Both the position numbers and the translations under genes were made by a program. This document shows, one piece after another, positions 1-12,135 of a stretch of 64,000 nucleotides of DNA (the stretch's first letter is position 1; every line of letters starts with the position of its first letter). A model generated the notes under the pieces. That model was not told where the DNA came from. It saw only the letters and a program-made list of their open reading frames with translations, and did no database searches. The DNA is from Lama guanicoe (taxonomy: Eukaryota): NCBI GenBank assembly GCA_013239625.1, contig MU054323.1:13313950-13377949 (forward strand), in the 5' to 3' direction.

Positions 1-689
1 CAGGATTCAGATGATGAGGTGAAACTTTTTTTTTTTTTTTAAGGATGTGTAGGTCAAATTAGCCAGGGTTCATTAAGGACAAGTTATGCTGGACTGTCCT
101 GCCTGCCTCTTCTGGTAGGGTTATTAGAGTAGAACAGGAAACCCTGTAGGCGTGGCATATCCAGTTTTCAGCAAGGCACTTGTGAGAGTCTCTGAAGGCA
201 TTATGAGAAGGATCACTTTGGACTGGGCGATAGTATTGTGAAGTGGATTCCGTGAACTTGTGAACAGTGATATCCACGAAGTGCCGACCTAGTAAACTCC
301 TGGAAACTTCCTTATTGTGGGGGGTTTAATTAATTCATTGAATAGCAAATGCCAAATTATGTCTCCAAAGCACATTGATAATTTTTTTAAAAATTATAAC
401 CCATTTTTCTATGGACAGTTTCTCTTTTGAACTTATGTATAGGTATATAAGAATTTGGGTAGTATGACTCTTCTGTAAGACTGTAATCCTAGCATGAGTT
501 TTGAGCTCCAGTATAGAAAAAGACACAACCATCTGCCTCTGCTGCAGGGGTCAGGGGCTGCAGGTTATGGATGCCACATAGGGTGGGTAGAGATCACCTT
601 GTTTCCTGTGGCATTGATCCTCCCAAGGGTTAGAAGGAAGGACGATGGTGGCCTGACCTTCTGTCATTGGCACTCAAGGCCCCACAAGT

Positions 690-1200
690 TCGTGTCCTTG
701 ACTAAATTGAAGACCTGTGGAAACCACTGGAAGCTTTTAAAGTAGAGGAGCAACACCATTGATCAGATTTGTATTTTGAAAGATGGCTCTGGCTGCAAGC
801 TGGATAATGGATTAGATGGGGCAAGGTGTTCAGTAGAGAATCAAATGAAAAGATTGTCAGGAACCTATTTGAGAGAGAATGGTAGTAGTAGGAATGAAGT
901 AAACTTGTGGGTATTTGAGAGATTTTTGAGAAGTAGAATTGACGTAACTTGGTAATACATTGAATGTGGGGAAAGAGGGAGAAGAAGGAATCTAAACGGA
1001 TGACTCCCAAGCTTCTCACTTGGGCATTTGAGTGGGTAGCGGTACCATATATTGATAGGGGAGGCAGCATAAAGAGAAGGCAGAAGATCACTTTTGCCCA
1101 TAAAGAGTCAGAGGTGCCTGTGGGACGTGAAGGAGAGAGCTGTCCCTGTAGACTAACCAACCAGCTAGGTGTGGGGATCAGCAGTTAAGGAGAGAGGTCT
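690..1200 (-). mobile_element. Degenerate L2 LINE fragment
   Basis: Purine-rich L2-like phrases (gaaaccactggaagcttttaaag; gatgactcccaag...gggcatttgagtgg); boundaries approximate. Confidence 0.55.
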
Positions 1201-1288
1201 GGCTAATGATACATCACTGAGTTTATTTCATTCCTTTTACATCTATCAAGTGAGGCCCCCCTCTAGACACCTTCCTTCTGAATAGAGA

Positions 1289-1790
1289 TTTTTTTTAATT
1301 GAGGTATAATTGAGATACAGCATGATATTTTAGGTGTGCAAAATGATTTGGTATTTCTATGCATTGCAGAATGATCATTATATTAAGTTATCATTATTAT
1401 GTTACACTAGTTAACATCCATCACCATATATAGTTCAAAAAAAATTTTTTTTCTTGTGATGAGGACTTTTAAGATCTACAGTTGACCCTTGAACAACGGA
1501 GGCATTAGGGGCACCAACCCTCTGCAGTTGAAAATCCACAGGTAAATCTGCAGGGATCCACAGGGCTCCGCATCCACGGTTCCTCCCAACCACAGATCAT
1601 GTCATACTGTCGTATTGAAAAACATCGTGTGTGATTGGACCCATGCTGTTCAAACCCATGTTCTTCAAGGGCCAACTGTACTCTCTTGGCAACCTTCAAA
1701 CATGCAGTACAGTGTTATTAACTATGGTCACCAGGCTGTACATCCCCATGACTGACTTAATTTATAACTGGAAGTTTGTACCTTTTGATT
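1289..1790 (-). mobile_element. L1MA/MB-type 3' UTR interrupted by a Tigger element
   Basis: T-tract then aattgaggtataattga; gaggacttttaagatcta|ctctcttggcaac resumes after the Tigger. Confidence 0.75.
1479..1678. mobile_element. Tigger2/MER8-like non-autonomous TcMar DNA transposon
   Basis: TIRs cagttgacccttgaacaac ... gttcttcaagggccaactg; TA TSD at 1477-1478 and 1679-1680. Confidence 0.88.
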
Positions 1791-1857
1791 CCTTAGAGAG
1801 ATTCTTTAGTGATATTTAGTGTACCTTTTGATTCCTTAGAGAGATTCTTTAGTGATA
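1777..1857. repeat. Perfect 38-bp direct duplication (period 43)
   Basis: tgtaccttttgattccttagagagattctttagtgata at 1777-1814 and 1820-1857. Confidence 0.95.
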
Positions 1858-3923
1858 ACTATGTAGTTATTTCCTTAAGAACATAAGTGCCATTAAACCC
1901 ACGTACTCATTCAATTCAGACTTCTATGTACGGGATTCTGCTTCCATGCAGTTATGACTGCAGTAAGTGAAGAAAAGAATAAACACATCAGTCAGGCTCT
2001 CCTAGTTACTTCAAGGCATTTTGCTTCATTGTTAATCATGGCAGTAGCCTGACAAAATAGCAGTTTTATAAGCATCTCATGAATGGTAATCTGCAATGTC
2101 TGTTAATTTACGTTAACTGAGGGAAAATATCGTCTTAGAAACTACTTTGCTGTTACATTCTACAGTCCTATAAATCACATTCTCTGGTGCGTGAATAATT
2201 AAAGAGAGTAATTCATATATTTTTTTCATCTTGTTAACATTTTTGAAACCAGACCAGATTCTAGACATGACATTTTCACATTGCTGCTGGAATTTCCATG
2301 CCTAGTGTCTAGGCTCATTCTGTCCCGCTGTTTACTTTGGCTCCAGTGTTTGGCTGCTTCTTTCAAGTAGTTTGCTTTCAGTGTTTACAAAAGTGGACTC
2401 CCACAACCAAAGAAAGGACGGATAGTGAGTCCGTCTGGAAGTGCTGTTTTTGTTGTCATGGAGTAGGGTCACTTCGCCATAATTAGGGATTGTGTGAAAG
2501 CGAGGCAGAACACCTAGGCTGTGTCAATTACTTGGCTGTTTTCAATATGCATTTGGCACATCGCCGTGTGCGCACACACGCAAGATCCCCCTTTGCTTTG
2601 TTTTGGTAATACTCTATTTCTGAATTCCACTGTAAGGAAGATAGAGTCTAGTTCTCATGAAAAAATGCAGTGCAAATGAATGATTGCTGACCTGAAACGA
2701 GATCTCTGTTAATGTGCCCATGACTCTCTGCCTGTTCATATTAAGAGGTGGAAAGCTGTGTTGCTTTTGTGGTGAGCATTGCAAAATGGAATGGATGCAG
2801 TCAAGAGCCTTTCCTCTGTATTATTTGTCTGCCTTATATATAAGGTGCTCTAAGTATAGACCGCTGTAAAACTAAGCCTAAATTGTGATGCTGTGTGTAT
2901 TTTTAGCACTTAGTGGTTGAATTTTTTCCTCTTTAAGTTTTTGGTTGTTTGTACTGTATTATATGTCTTCTTACTGCAACTGTAGTGCCTGTACCCAGGG
3001 CAGTCAAATGGGGCACAGAACTCACATTTTCCTTTCTGAATTAACAATGTTCTAGTAGGAGCTTAGTGAATGTTTACTGAATGAACTCAGTGAATACTTA
3101 GATGATGATTATTGATATACCTCCTGCGTTAGCAAATAATAAAGGCAAAGTCATGATTGTCTCTTTCACTGTTTCTATCAGTAGACTTTGAACTTTGAAT
3201 CTCTGTTTCTTCCTCTATAAAAGGTTAGTGCATACAGATTTTGTTAGCATTAAACAAGACAATATATATAGAGCCTCAGTGCCTTCATACAGTAAGTATT
3301 TGATAAAGGTTAGCTATTACTTTTTATCTGCCCCTTCAGCCTATACTCCACCTTCAAACTACCCAGTAGGCTTATGTTTGCCCCTTAGACTTTTTTTTTT
3401 AATGCTAATTCATTGCCATCTTAGAACGTTTTATCATATTTTTTTTAACTTTTGTGTTACAACTTTTCCTATGGTTTCTCTGGGTTGTGAGTCCTATCTC
3501 TTGCCTCAGTGAGCCCTCACATTCTGCTGAAATTCATCAATTCCCTAACCTGACCTCCGCGTGTCTTTGATTCTTTGGAATAACTTATTTTGCAGAGGAT
3601 GTTGCTCTAAAACTACCCTCTCTTCCTCCTTCCCTTCTAAGCAAGCCTCCCATTGAATTTATTCTTAGACCATGTTTGGTTTCTTCTTGTAAGTTACTTT
3701 GCAGAAAGTAAGTTAAGCTGTAGAACCATCATGCATGCAACTCATACCAGAGCTCCGTTTCCTTCTAAGGGCTAATTTGAAGGCTTACCTTAAAGAATCT
3801 GCCCCTCTTTTGAAGATCCAGTGTTTCCATTTCTAACCAAATTCAACTTTATTCATGTTTTATTTCTTTTTTTCTCTCTTTGTCTTTTTTTTTTCTCCTT
3901 TCTATTATGCATCATTTTTCAAG

Positions 3924-4046
3924 ATGTGGATGAATGCCTGGAACCAAAGATCTGCGCAAATGGTACTTGCTCCAACCTTGAAGGCTCCTACATGTGTTCA
4001 TGCCACAAAGGCTATTCCCCGACTCCGGACCACAAGCACTGTAAAG
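3924..4046 (+). CDS. LTBP1: LTBP1 exon, cbEGF ([41 protein letters not shown])
   Basis: Long polypyrimidine tract + caag|AT acceptor; AAAG|gtaaat donor; 123 nt; 6-Cys cbEGF consensus. Confidence 0.96.
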
Positions 4047-4499
4047 GTAAATGCTGTGATCAGCTTCCCATTTGTATTTTGAACTGTACTTAAAAGCATG
4101 TTAGAGTAACGAGCCTTAGAGAAGGGAACCATGCTACCTGTCATTTATTTTGACTCAGCTACTTAGAACACATTTTGGTTGGTGTCTTTGAAAGTGATTC
4201 CTCATGGTGGTTAAACACAGAGCATATTTGTTTACATAAAGGGAAACTGTGTTTTTAGAGAATATCTATGAGCCACAAGTCTGATTTTTCTAGTTATATA
4301 AAAGCAATACATGCAGTTGCATAACTCTGGGAATACAGTAGAAACTGTTGAATTGTACACTTCAAGTAGATGAATTATGTGGTGTGTGAATTAGATTTCA
4401 ATAAAATTGCTATTAAAAACATGCATTATTGAAAATGTAGCAAGTTTTTCCAAAAACCCATAACCCCAGTCTTAATCAGGAGAAAAACAATGTTGTATT

Positions 4500-4806
4500 A
4501 GTTTCCATGTCATGGCTATTGTATAAAGTTGCTGCTGTGAGCATTGGGGTGCGTGTATCTTTTCAAATTAGCGTTTTCTCTGGATATGAGTGAGATCGCT
4601 GAATCATAGGGTAAGTCTACTTTTAGCTTTTTAAGGAATCTCCATTACTGTTCTCCACAGTGGATGCCCCAAATTACATCCCCACCAACAGTGTAAGAGG
4701 GTTCCCTTTTCTCCACACCCCCTCCAGTATTTATTATTTGAGGCTTTTTGATGATGGCCATTCTGACTGATATGAGGCGATACCTCATTATAGTTTTGAT
4801 TTGCAA
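4500..4806 (-). mobile_element. L1 ORF2 C-terminal fragment (inverted)
   Basis: Minus-strand peptide [31 protein letters not shown] matches the L1 ORF2 cysteine-rich C-terminus. Confidence 0.9.
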
Positions 4807-4859
4807 AATTGTAAATCATCTATACTTCAATTTTTGAAAATGGAGGGGAAAAGATGGAC

Positions 4860-5645
4860 ATAGGCATAGACAGAAAACTACGATTNNNNNNNNNNNNNNN
4901 NNNNNNNNNNNNNNNNNNNNNNNNNNNNNNNNNNNNNNNNNNNNNNNNNNNNNNNNNNNNNNNNNNNNNNNNNNNNNNNNNNNNNNNNNNNNNNNNNNNN
5001 NNNNNNNNNNNNNNNNNNNNNNNNNNNNNNNNAACTTTTAATTCGAANNNNNNNNNNNNNNNNNNNNNNNNNNNNNNNNNNNNNNNNNNNNNNNNNNNNN
5101 NNNNNNNNNNNNNNNNNNNNNNNNNNNNNNNNNNNNNNNNNNNNNNNNNNNNNNNNNNNNNNNNNNNNNNNNNNNNNNNAAGAATAAAATAATGCTATTT
5201 GCAGTAACGCGGAGAGACCTAGAGATGATCACACTAAGTGAAGTAAGTCAGAGAAAGACAAATATCATATGATATCATGTATATGTGGAATCTAAGAAAA
5301 TGACACAAATGAACTTATTTACAAAACAGAAACAGACTCACAGACACTGAAAAGAAACTTATGGTTACCAAGGGGAAAGGGGGTGGGGAGGGATAAATGT
5401 GGGAGTTCGAGATTTGCAAATATTAACTGCTATATATAAAAATAGATAAAAATTTTCTTTTGTATAGCCCAGGGAACTATATTCAATATCTTGTAATAAC
5501 CTTTAACGAAAAAGAATATGAAAATGAATATATATGTGTGTGTGTGTAATATATATATATAATATATATATACATGTATGTATGCCTGGGACATCATGCT
5601 GTACATCAGAAATGACATATTGTAACTGACTGTACTTCAGTTTTT
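4860..5645 (+). mobile_element. Young lineage L1 3' end (ORF2 tail + 3' UTR) with N-gaps at 4886-5032 and 5048-5179
   Basis: gaataaaataatgctatttgcag...aagtgaagtaagtcagagaaagacaaatatcatatg...ttgtaactgactgtacttca; G-rich tract and (TA/TG)n within the UTR. Confidence 0.9.
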
Positions 5646-5697
5646 TAAAATATCAAGTAGTTCTGGAAGATTAAAACATAAAATATGGAAATACAAA

Positions 5698-5910
5698 AGA
5701 AAAACATCAAAGTCCAAATTAGGGACATTATAGACAATTCTGGCCATATCCTTGAGACAATGCAGGTTGTAAAAAACAAGGAAAGGCTGACTGGGGAGAC
5801 AAGACACCTGAAGACTGAATACAGTGTGGTCCCCTGGGTTGGATCCTGGGACAGAAGAGGATCTGAATGGAAAAACTGGTGAAATCCAAGTAAATCTGGG
5901 GTTTAGCTTT
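5698..5910 (+). mobile_element. Old L1MC-type 3' UTR (continues the piece at ~4455-4489)
   Basis: cccataaccccagtcttaatcaggagaaaaaca | tcaaagtccaaattagggacatt...gaaaaactggtgaaatccaagtaaa. Confidence 0.7.
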
Positions 5911-5929
5911 GAAAAAATGAAGCATTATA

Positions 5930-6100
5930 TCAGATTCTAGCTCAGACACTCAGAAGCGGTGTGAGCTTGGATAAGTTACTTCATTTCACTAAACTGTACT
6001 TGCTTATCTGCTAAAGGGTAACAATAAAGGTACCTGCTAGGGTTTATGTGAGGATTGCATGAGATGATACAGGATAACGAGCCATCAGAGAAAGGCAGAG
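5930..6100 (+). mobile_element. MIR SINE
   Basis: tgtgagcttggataagttactt...gtgaggattgcatgagatgata core-like sequence. Confidence 0.65.
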
Positions 6101-7899
6101 ATAATACGTGGAGAATGAAGTAAGGCAGGGGCCCAGCGTGACAGCTTGTGGCTGATGTTGTTAATTCGCCAAATAATAGGCAAAGTTCCTTTGAAGTCAA
6201 GAAGTGTGGGACTAAATCTGCTTGTATGCTTCTGGAAAGGCTTCACAGAAGTGTTGCTGTTCACGCTTGGTTTTAAAATACTGAATGCAGAGGGGAGAGG
6301 AACTTATTTAGCAGACAGAGGAAACAGGAGGTATCAAACTTGGAGGCAGGGAAAGGGCTGTTACCTCCACTCGGCATTGAACCTTGCCTTCTACTCTGCT
6401 TCTCTCCTGGTGTCTTTGCACTGCAGTCTGGGGTAGGATCAGGCGAGATCCCGTCCTCCGCCTGAGAAACCTGCATATGCACTCGTTGTTTTCTTTACTC
6501 CCAACCAGAGCCCTTCCTTTTTACAGTTGTAAATTGTGTAACATCCTTATTCTTTAATTATTTCAAAATCTTTCCCGAACGACATCAGCTCACAGATGTC
6601 AAGTTCCACCTAGATCATAAATCTGTTCCTTTCCCAACATTCCAGCAACTCTGCCAATTTCCCCCTGTTGATAGTACTGAATGTTGACTGTGTCTTCACC
6701 TCACTAAACCTACTGACAGCTTTTCTGCGTTGTAAATACATTATCTAATGTATTCATTCATTACTTGTTTATATCTTTTTGTACTTGTGCCTTTGTATTT
6801 CTTTGCACGTTTTAATGCTGTATGCCCTAAATTTATAAATACCAAGATATTGTGTCTATTTTAACTCTGAGCAGGACTTGTCATAGCAATATGTGCAAAA
6901 AGTCCCTTAAAGAAATATCTTTTGTGAAGAATAATGTTTTCTATTCATCTCTTGGCACAAAAGAGAGAAGACATTTGTCCTGCATGCTTATTTTATTAGA
7001 AAGCATTCTTTTGTCATAGAAATTTTATCCCTCATCAGAAAAGAAAAATGCATTTTCTTGTGTGTAGAATTATGCTGCCTCTGATCCTCTTGGTCATTTT
7101 AAAGACCCAAAGATCACCATATTCAAGATAACGGAGTTGCTTCAAGTTATTCTAAATGTGTGTACCATAACTTATAATGAATTACTTCTGACAGTCTTCC
7201 CAGCATAAATGAGTAACTTATGTAAGACGTCTGGCGTTTCCTGACAGTACTTGGAATGGAAGGTATATTCTCGCTGCAGACATCTTCACATGGGAATGCT
7301 TAATTTGTCATCTTTGAGAAAGTCAGAAAGAGGCCAAAGCACTAAAGATGTTGTCAGACACTACGTGGGATCCAACCAGCTACATGAGCTATTGTTGGTC
7401 TTAAGTTTTGAACTGACGTCTCAAGTATTTTATAGGATGTGTTGAAAGCAAGCATGGTGTAGGCTGTTCTTGCTTTCGACTTCTCTGAAAGCTAGTAGGT
7501 TAAGGGCTTTGGAAAGGTATAAAATAATTAAGACAAAATTCTTATTTAATTTCTCTATTGACAGTCAGTATTTGGCAGCTAGGACCATTATATAAATAAA
7601 AGGGATCAGTTTCACAGTAAGGGAAACAGAAGTTTCTAGTAAACTACAGTCATTTCTATAAGAAAGAAAAAACAAATTCCTGAACTCCAGTTACATTAAC
7701 AATTAGTGTGAGCTTTTTCAGAAACATGGGATAACCTGACACTTGGCTTCTGTCAGGATAAACTTCGAAAGGTTAATGCCTCGTTAGAGGTTAAGAAATG
7801 CAGCTTTGCTCAAGGAACAGATAATTATCAGTAATACTTGAGGGGAAAGACTGTGAGGTTGTTTGCATTTTAGATGCATTTAAAATAATGGGCTATTTT

Positions 7900-8039
7900 G
7901 GCAGGGAAAGTAGAGCTCAGTGGTAGAGTCATGCCTGGAATGCATGAGGTCCTGGGTTCAATCCCCAGCACCACCATTTAAATAAATAAGCAAACAGACC
8001 AACCAACCTGCCTACCTAACCCTTTCACCAAAAAAAAAA
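7900..8039 (+). mobile_element. tRNA-Ala-derived camelid SINE (vic-1-like)
   Basis: A box agctcagtggtagag, B box ggttcaatccc, A-rich tail. Confidence 0.85.
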
Positions 8040-9259
8040 GATATTTTTAGAAGGAAACAATAGACATTGATCTTTAGGGCATGGTTTCCTTAAAACAAAT
8101 TCTCCTCTTTTTAGATGAGGGCCCCTTTCTCTCTGAGTGTAGGGCTTGTGTGTTTTCATCCCTTCTCACCACTAACCCTCACAACAGACCTGTAGGATGC
8201 GTGGTGAAGCTCAGTCCTGTCATATTTTGATGGTCATAAACTCATACAAACTGACCAGCGATTCAGCAGAACGTTCTGAGGCTGTGTCTGCACCGACCAG
8301 GCAAGATAGGATTATCCAATTAGATCAGATCAACCTACAGGCCAAACAAAAGCTTTTAGAAACTGAGCACCGCTTCTACCACAAGTGTTCAAGTTACTGA
8401 TGAGGCCAGTCTTTCCTTCACTCGTGTAAATTCACATCCATGACTAGAACACTCAGAATTACCTTTTCTCCATCAATAGCTTTATGTTTATTCAGGGCGA
8501 ATCCTCACTCATTATTTTCTCCATTGACATTCCAGCAGTTGCCATCAAAATATATCATTTCTCTTGGTTTTCCTTGTTAATTTGAAAATGAGCTCTGTGT
8601 CCTTTAACAGAACTGATTGACCTTGTACTTTTCCAGCTTCTGAATACAGTAGAAATGTCTACTTCCTTCCATAACTGCTTCCATTGTGGCTTTGCATTTA
8701 AAGTTCTCAGCAGAGTTTTAGTTCTGCCTCGTTCCATAAAACTCTACAGGTCTGCAGACTGCCTCATGGCCGTTATTTTATGCCTGAGATCTTCTGTTTT
8801 CAACTTGAAAATATTTCACATTGTGTTTCTGCTGTATTCAAATTATGAGAGGGAGAAAGAAAGAGCAAAGGGCTTGATGTTGTATTAAAAGTGGCTTTTA
8901 CTTGCTCATAACTTTATCATCTGTTTGTAATTCTGTTCTCCAGTTCATACTGAGGTCGATATGAGGGACATTGGTGGGCTGATTCAAACTAAAATGTATA
9001 GGGCCCCATATAGGAGGAGTACTATTATTTTTGTAATAATAACCTCAGAATTCGTTGTAAGGAGCAGTGCATTCTCTTGGGTAGTACCTTTTTCTCTGTT
9101 CATTGAAAATTTGCTGTTGTTGTGGGTCCTGCCTTAAAAGACCAGCCTGGAAACGAAGGCTTTGAGGGCAGTAGCTTGGTTTATGGTCTCAAATTTTAGC
9201 TAAAGGGGTATTTAGATATAAGACCTCATGTTAAACAGTTGCATTGTTTGTGTTCACAG

Positions 9260-9382
9260 ATATTGATGAATGTCAGCAAGGGAGTCTGTGCATGAATGGG
9301 CAGTGCAGAAACACCGAGGGCTCCTTCAGGTGTACCTGTGGGCAGGGGTACCAGCTGTCAGCAGCGAAAGACCAGTGTGAAG
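9260..9382 (+). CDS. LTBP1: LTBP1 exon, cbEGF ([41 protein letters not shown])
   Basis: ttcacag|AT acceptor; GAAG|gtagga donor; 123 nt; translated by hand (absent from ORF track). Confidence 0.96.
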
Positions 9383-9966
9383 GTAGGAGTGTGGCATCGT
9401 GAACTACTGTGATTTCAGTTCAAGGCACCCAGCCTGAAAAGCTATGTGCTCAATAAAGTGAGTTTGTTTTTGAGAAACTCCCTAGATGATTTCTTTATGG
9501 TGCTAGAAAGCAGGAGACCTCCACTGAAGTCAGTAAAGTGAATAAACCAGGAGAGGAAAAGGTTAAATTTGAAAAATACGATATTAGTAGCTGGGCCTTA
9601 GTGTTGGGAAGAAAAATGATTACTCTCTGTGTAATTCTTGCAGAAAATCAATTCTATTAAAATTATTTGAAAGTTTTACATAATAAAATTTCAGCTACCA
9701 GGTCATTGTATCAACCTGATGCTATGCTGTGAAATATTAATGACCTAGTTTTTGTGTGCATTGAGCTTTTTAAAATTTTCTTTTAAAAAAGAAATCACTA
9801 AAGAAGATTTTCCAGTTAGACTGAATAAGGAGTATCCCCTTATAGTCAAGGGTTAAGTTTGTGAAATATGCCCTCTTCTACAGGTAATAGTGAGGACTTT
9901 GGACCCCTCTAGGGTTGACCTTAGACTTAAAAAAATTTTTTTTTCATTGAACTTTATACAGAATTA

Positions 9967-10181
9967 CAGTTGACCCTTGAACAACACAGGTTTGAACTGT
10001 GTTGGTCCATCTACATGCAGATTTTTTTCAGTAAATACTTACTAGACTGCTACATGATCCATGGTTGGTTGAATCCTTAGGTGTGAAACTTCAGATACTG
10101 AGGACTGACTGCCTAGTCATACATGAGTTTTTGACTGTTGGTGGTTGTACCCCTACCCCCACGTTGTTCGAGGGTCGGCTG
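9967..10181. mobile_element. Tigger2/MER8-like DNA transposon, opposite orientation to the copy at 1479-1678
   Basis: ta|cagttgacccttgaacaacacaggtttgaactg ... gttgttcgagggtcggctg. Confidence 0.85.
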
Positions 10182-11401
10182 CAGCTGTACTTCACTTCCC
10201 AAAAAGTAGATGCTCCCTGAGCTTGAAGATACCGTGGTATCACCTGTGACAAGCACAAGTGTCCAGAGTTCTTAAAAAGAAATGTCATTTCAATGTCATA
10301 TAAGAACAGAATATAGACTGTACACGGTCAGTTGTTTTATTATGAGGAAACAAATCATATCCATGCCTACATGTAAAATTTAGTATTTAATGAGTAAAAT
10401 GATACCTCATTACATCCTGAGGTAATGTTCTAAAAGAGACAGAATATGATGGTACTACAAAGGGATCTGCCAGTGTTACCATGACCACCTTCAGTTATCC
10501 CTTTCTGGAACACGGAAAGTCATTACAGTACATAATCTAAAGGTGGAGAATGACAGAACACACACACTCACATACACAGAGAAATTAAGTAGTTTTTTTG
10601 AGATTCTACAAGTCCCCCCTCAGAGTTTTTATGCTTTAGCTTATGACTCCTGACCTTTACAAGTGAATGTGTAATCAGAGAAGAGGTCCACACATAAAAT
10701 AATAAGGCTATCACTGTCATAGTCCCATAGTCCTTTCTTCTGAAGAGGCTGCGATGTCATTCTCAGAGATAAGTCAGACACACGACAATCATCCACCAGG
10801 GAGGCAACAGGGGCAAACCAGCTTTAGGTGCTAAATGCCATGACAGTCACAATGATGCTGTGAGCAGAGTGGGGCAGAGCAGTGGTGTAGGGTCCCTGTG
10901 CAAACTGACATTTGTGTTAACTCTTGCAGAATCAGATCACCAGAAGTAAATACAGATACTCAGATGTGATGGGCAAAGTCTATCAACAGACATGAATTGT
11001 GTGCCTGCTGATTGTTAAAACACTGGGTCATCTAAGGAGTAATAAAGGGTGTGGTAGACATAGTCCCTGTCTCAGAAAACTCAGAATTTACTGATGAAAG
11101 TGAATAATCGAATATGTGTAGACCATTACCGTGCCTTTAATGTGTGGATGTGATGCAGGCATGTAAGTGAGCCTGGGCTCAGGATAGTGGTTACAGACAG
11201 GTAATCTCTAAGCTGAGGATATGTGCATCAAGAAAGAGAGATTCAGAGGCAGGGTACCCGGTATCAAATGGGTGAGAGGAGGGAAGGGCCGTTAGATGGG
11301 CTCAGAAAATCAGAGAGAGAATGGAAGCCTGATTGCTATGGGTCTAAAGGGGAAATTAGTGAAAAAGAATTCAAGACATTTGTGCCATGACACTTTTGGA
11401 T

Positions 11402-11519
11402 CAGGGGTCAGCCACCTTCTCCTGTGAAGGTCCCAGGTAGTATCTGAATATGTGGTGCTGTTTTCCAGTGAAACTTTACTTGCAATAATAGGCAGTGAGC
11501 TGTAGCTCGCAGACTCCTG
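11402..11519. mobile_element. Internally deleted MER58-like hAT-Charlie element
   Basis: caggggtcagcca...ccagtgaaactttacttgcaa...gtagctcgcagactcctg termini. Confidence 0.6.
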
Positions 11520-11881
11520 CTTTAGGCTATCCCAGTCTTTAGTGCGTTTAAGCTCAGAGTGTTATAGTTGAACCAGCAGAAGAAATTCCAGGAAGCTTCG
11601 TTGAGGTTTACAGAGTACAGCCAAGTATTTGTCCCTTATCAACGACCAGTGGAATTAATATGTACAGATTCTTAGTTCACTGGTTAAAATTTTAAGTTCA
11701 TCTAGATTTTTCCCACTGGGCTATTAATGAATAACCTTTTACTAGAGGTCAGTTTAATTCACATAATGAAAATGCTAAATTAATTATAAACCACATAGTT
11801 TATAGACCTCCTCTACATGAATGATTAAAAATCACTTTTAAAGCACAACTCCTAAGTGTCTTCTTACTCTCTTGTTCACAG

Positions 11882-12004
11882 ATATTGATGAATGCCAGCA
11901 CCGTCATCTCTGCAGCAATGGGCAGTGCAGGAACACAGAGGGCTCCTTCCGCTGTGTTTGTGACCAGGGTTACAGAGCATCTACCCTTGGGGACCACTGT
12001 GAAG
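11882..12004 (+). CDS. LTBP1: LTBP1 exon, cbEGF ([41 protein letters not shown])
   Basis: cttgttcacag|AT acceptor; GAAG|gtgaga donor; 123 nt. Confidence 0.96.
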
Positions 12005-12135
12005 GTGAGAATTGCTCTTAGTTGCAGAATCATGATTAGGGGAATAAAATGCCAGAATCAGGATTAGGGAAATCTGGATATCATCCTGGCCTCCATCATC
12101 AAGTCCATACTTTTTTTTTCCCCATTTAAAAAAAA

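Noticed and set aside
702-1160. 152-aa minus-strand ORF
   Set aside because: Lies in decayed L2 sequence; low-complexity S/L/F composition
4631-4819. ORF with CWWGC zinc-knuckle-like motif
   Set aside because: Frameshifted L1 ORF2 remnant, not a host gene
4854-5232. ORFs across N-runs (also 36151-36498)
   Set aside because: Artefacts of undetermined bases
7900-7975. Functional tRNA-Ala genes (also 19860-19935 and 63090-63166)
   Set aside because: Mismatched stems, SINE tails and/or TSDs show they are retroposed copies
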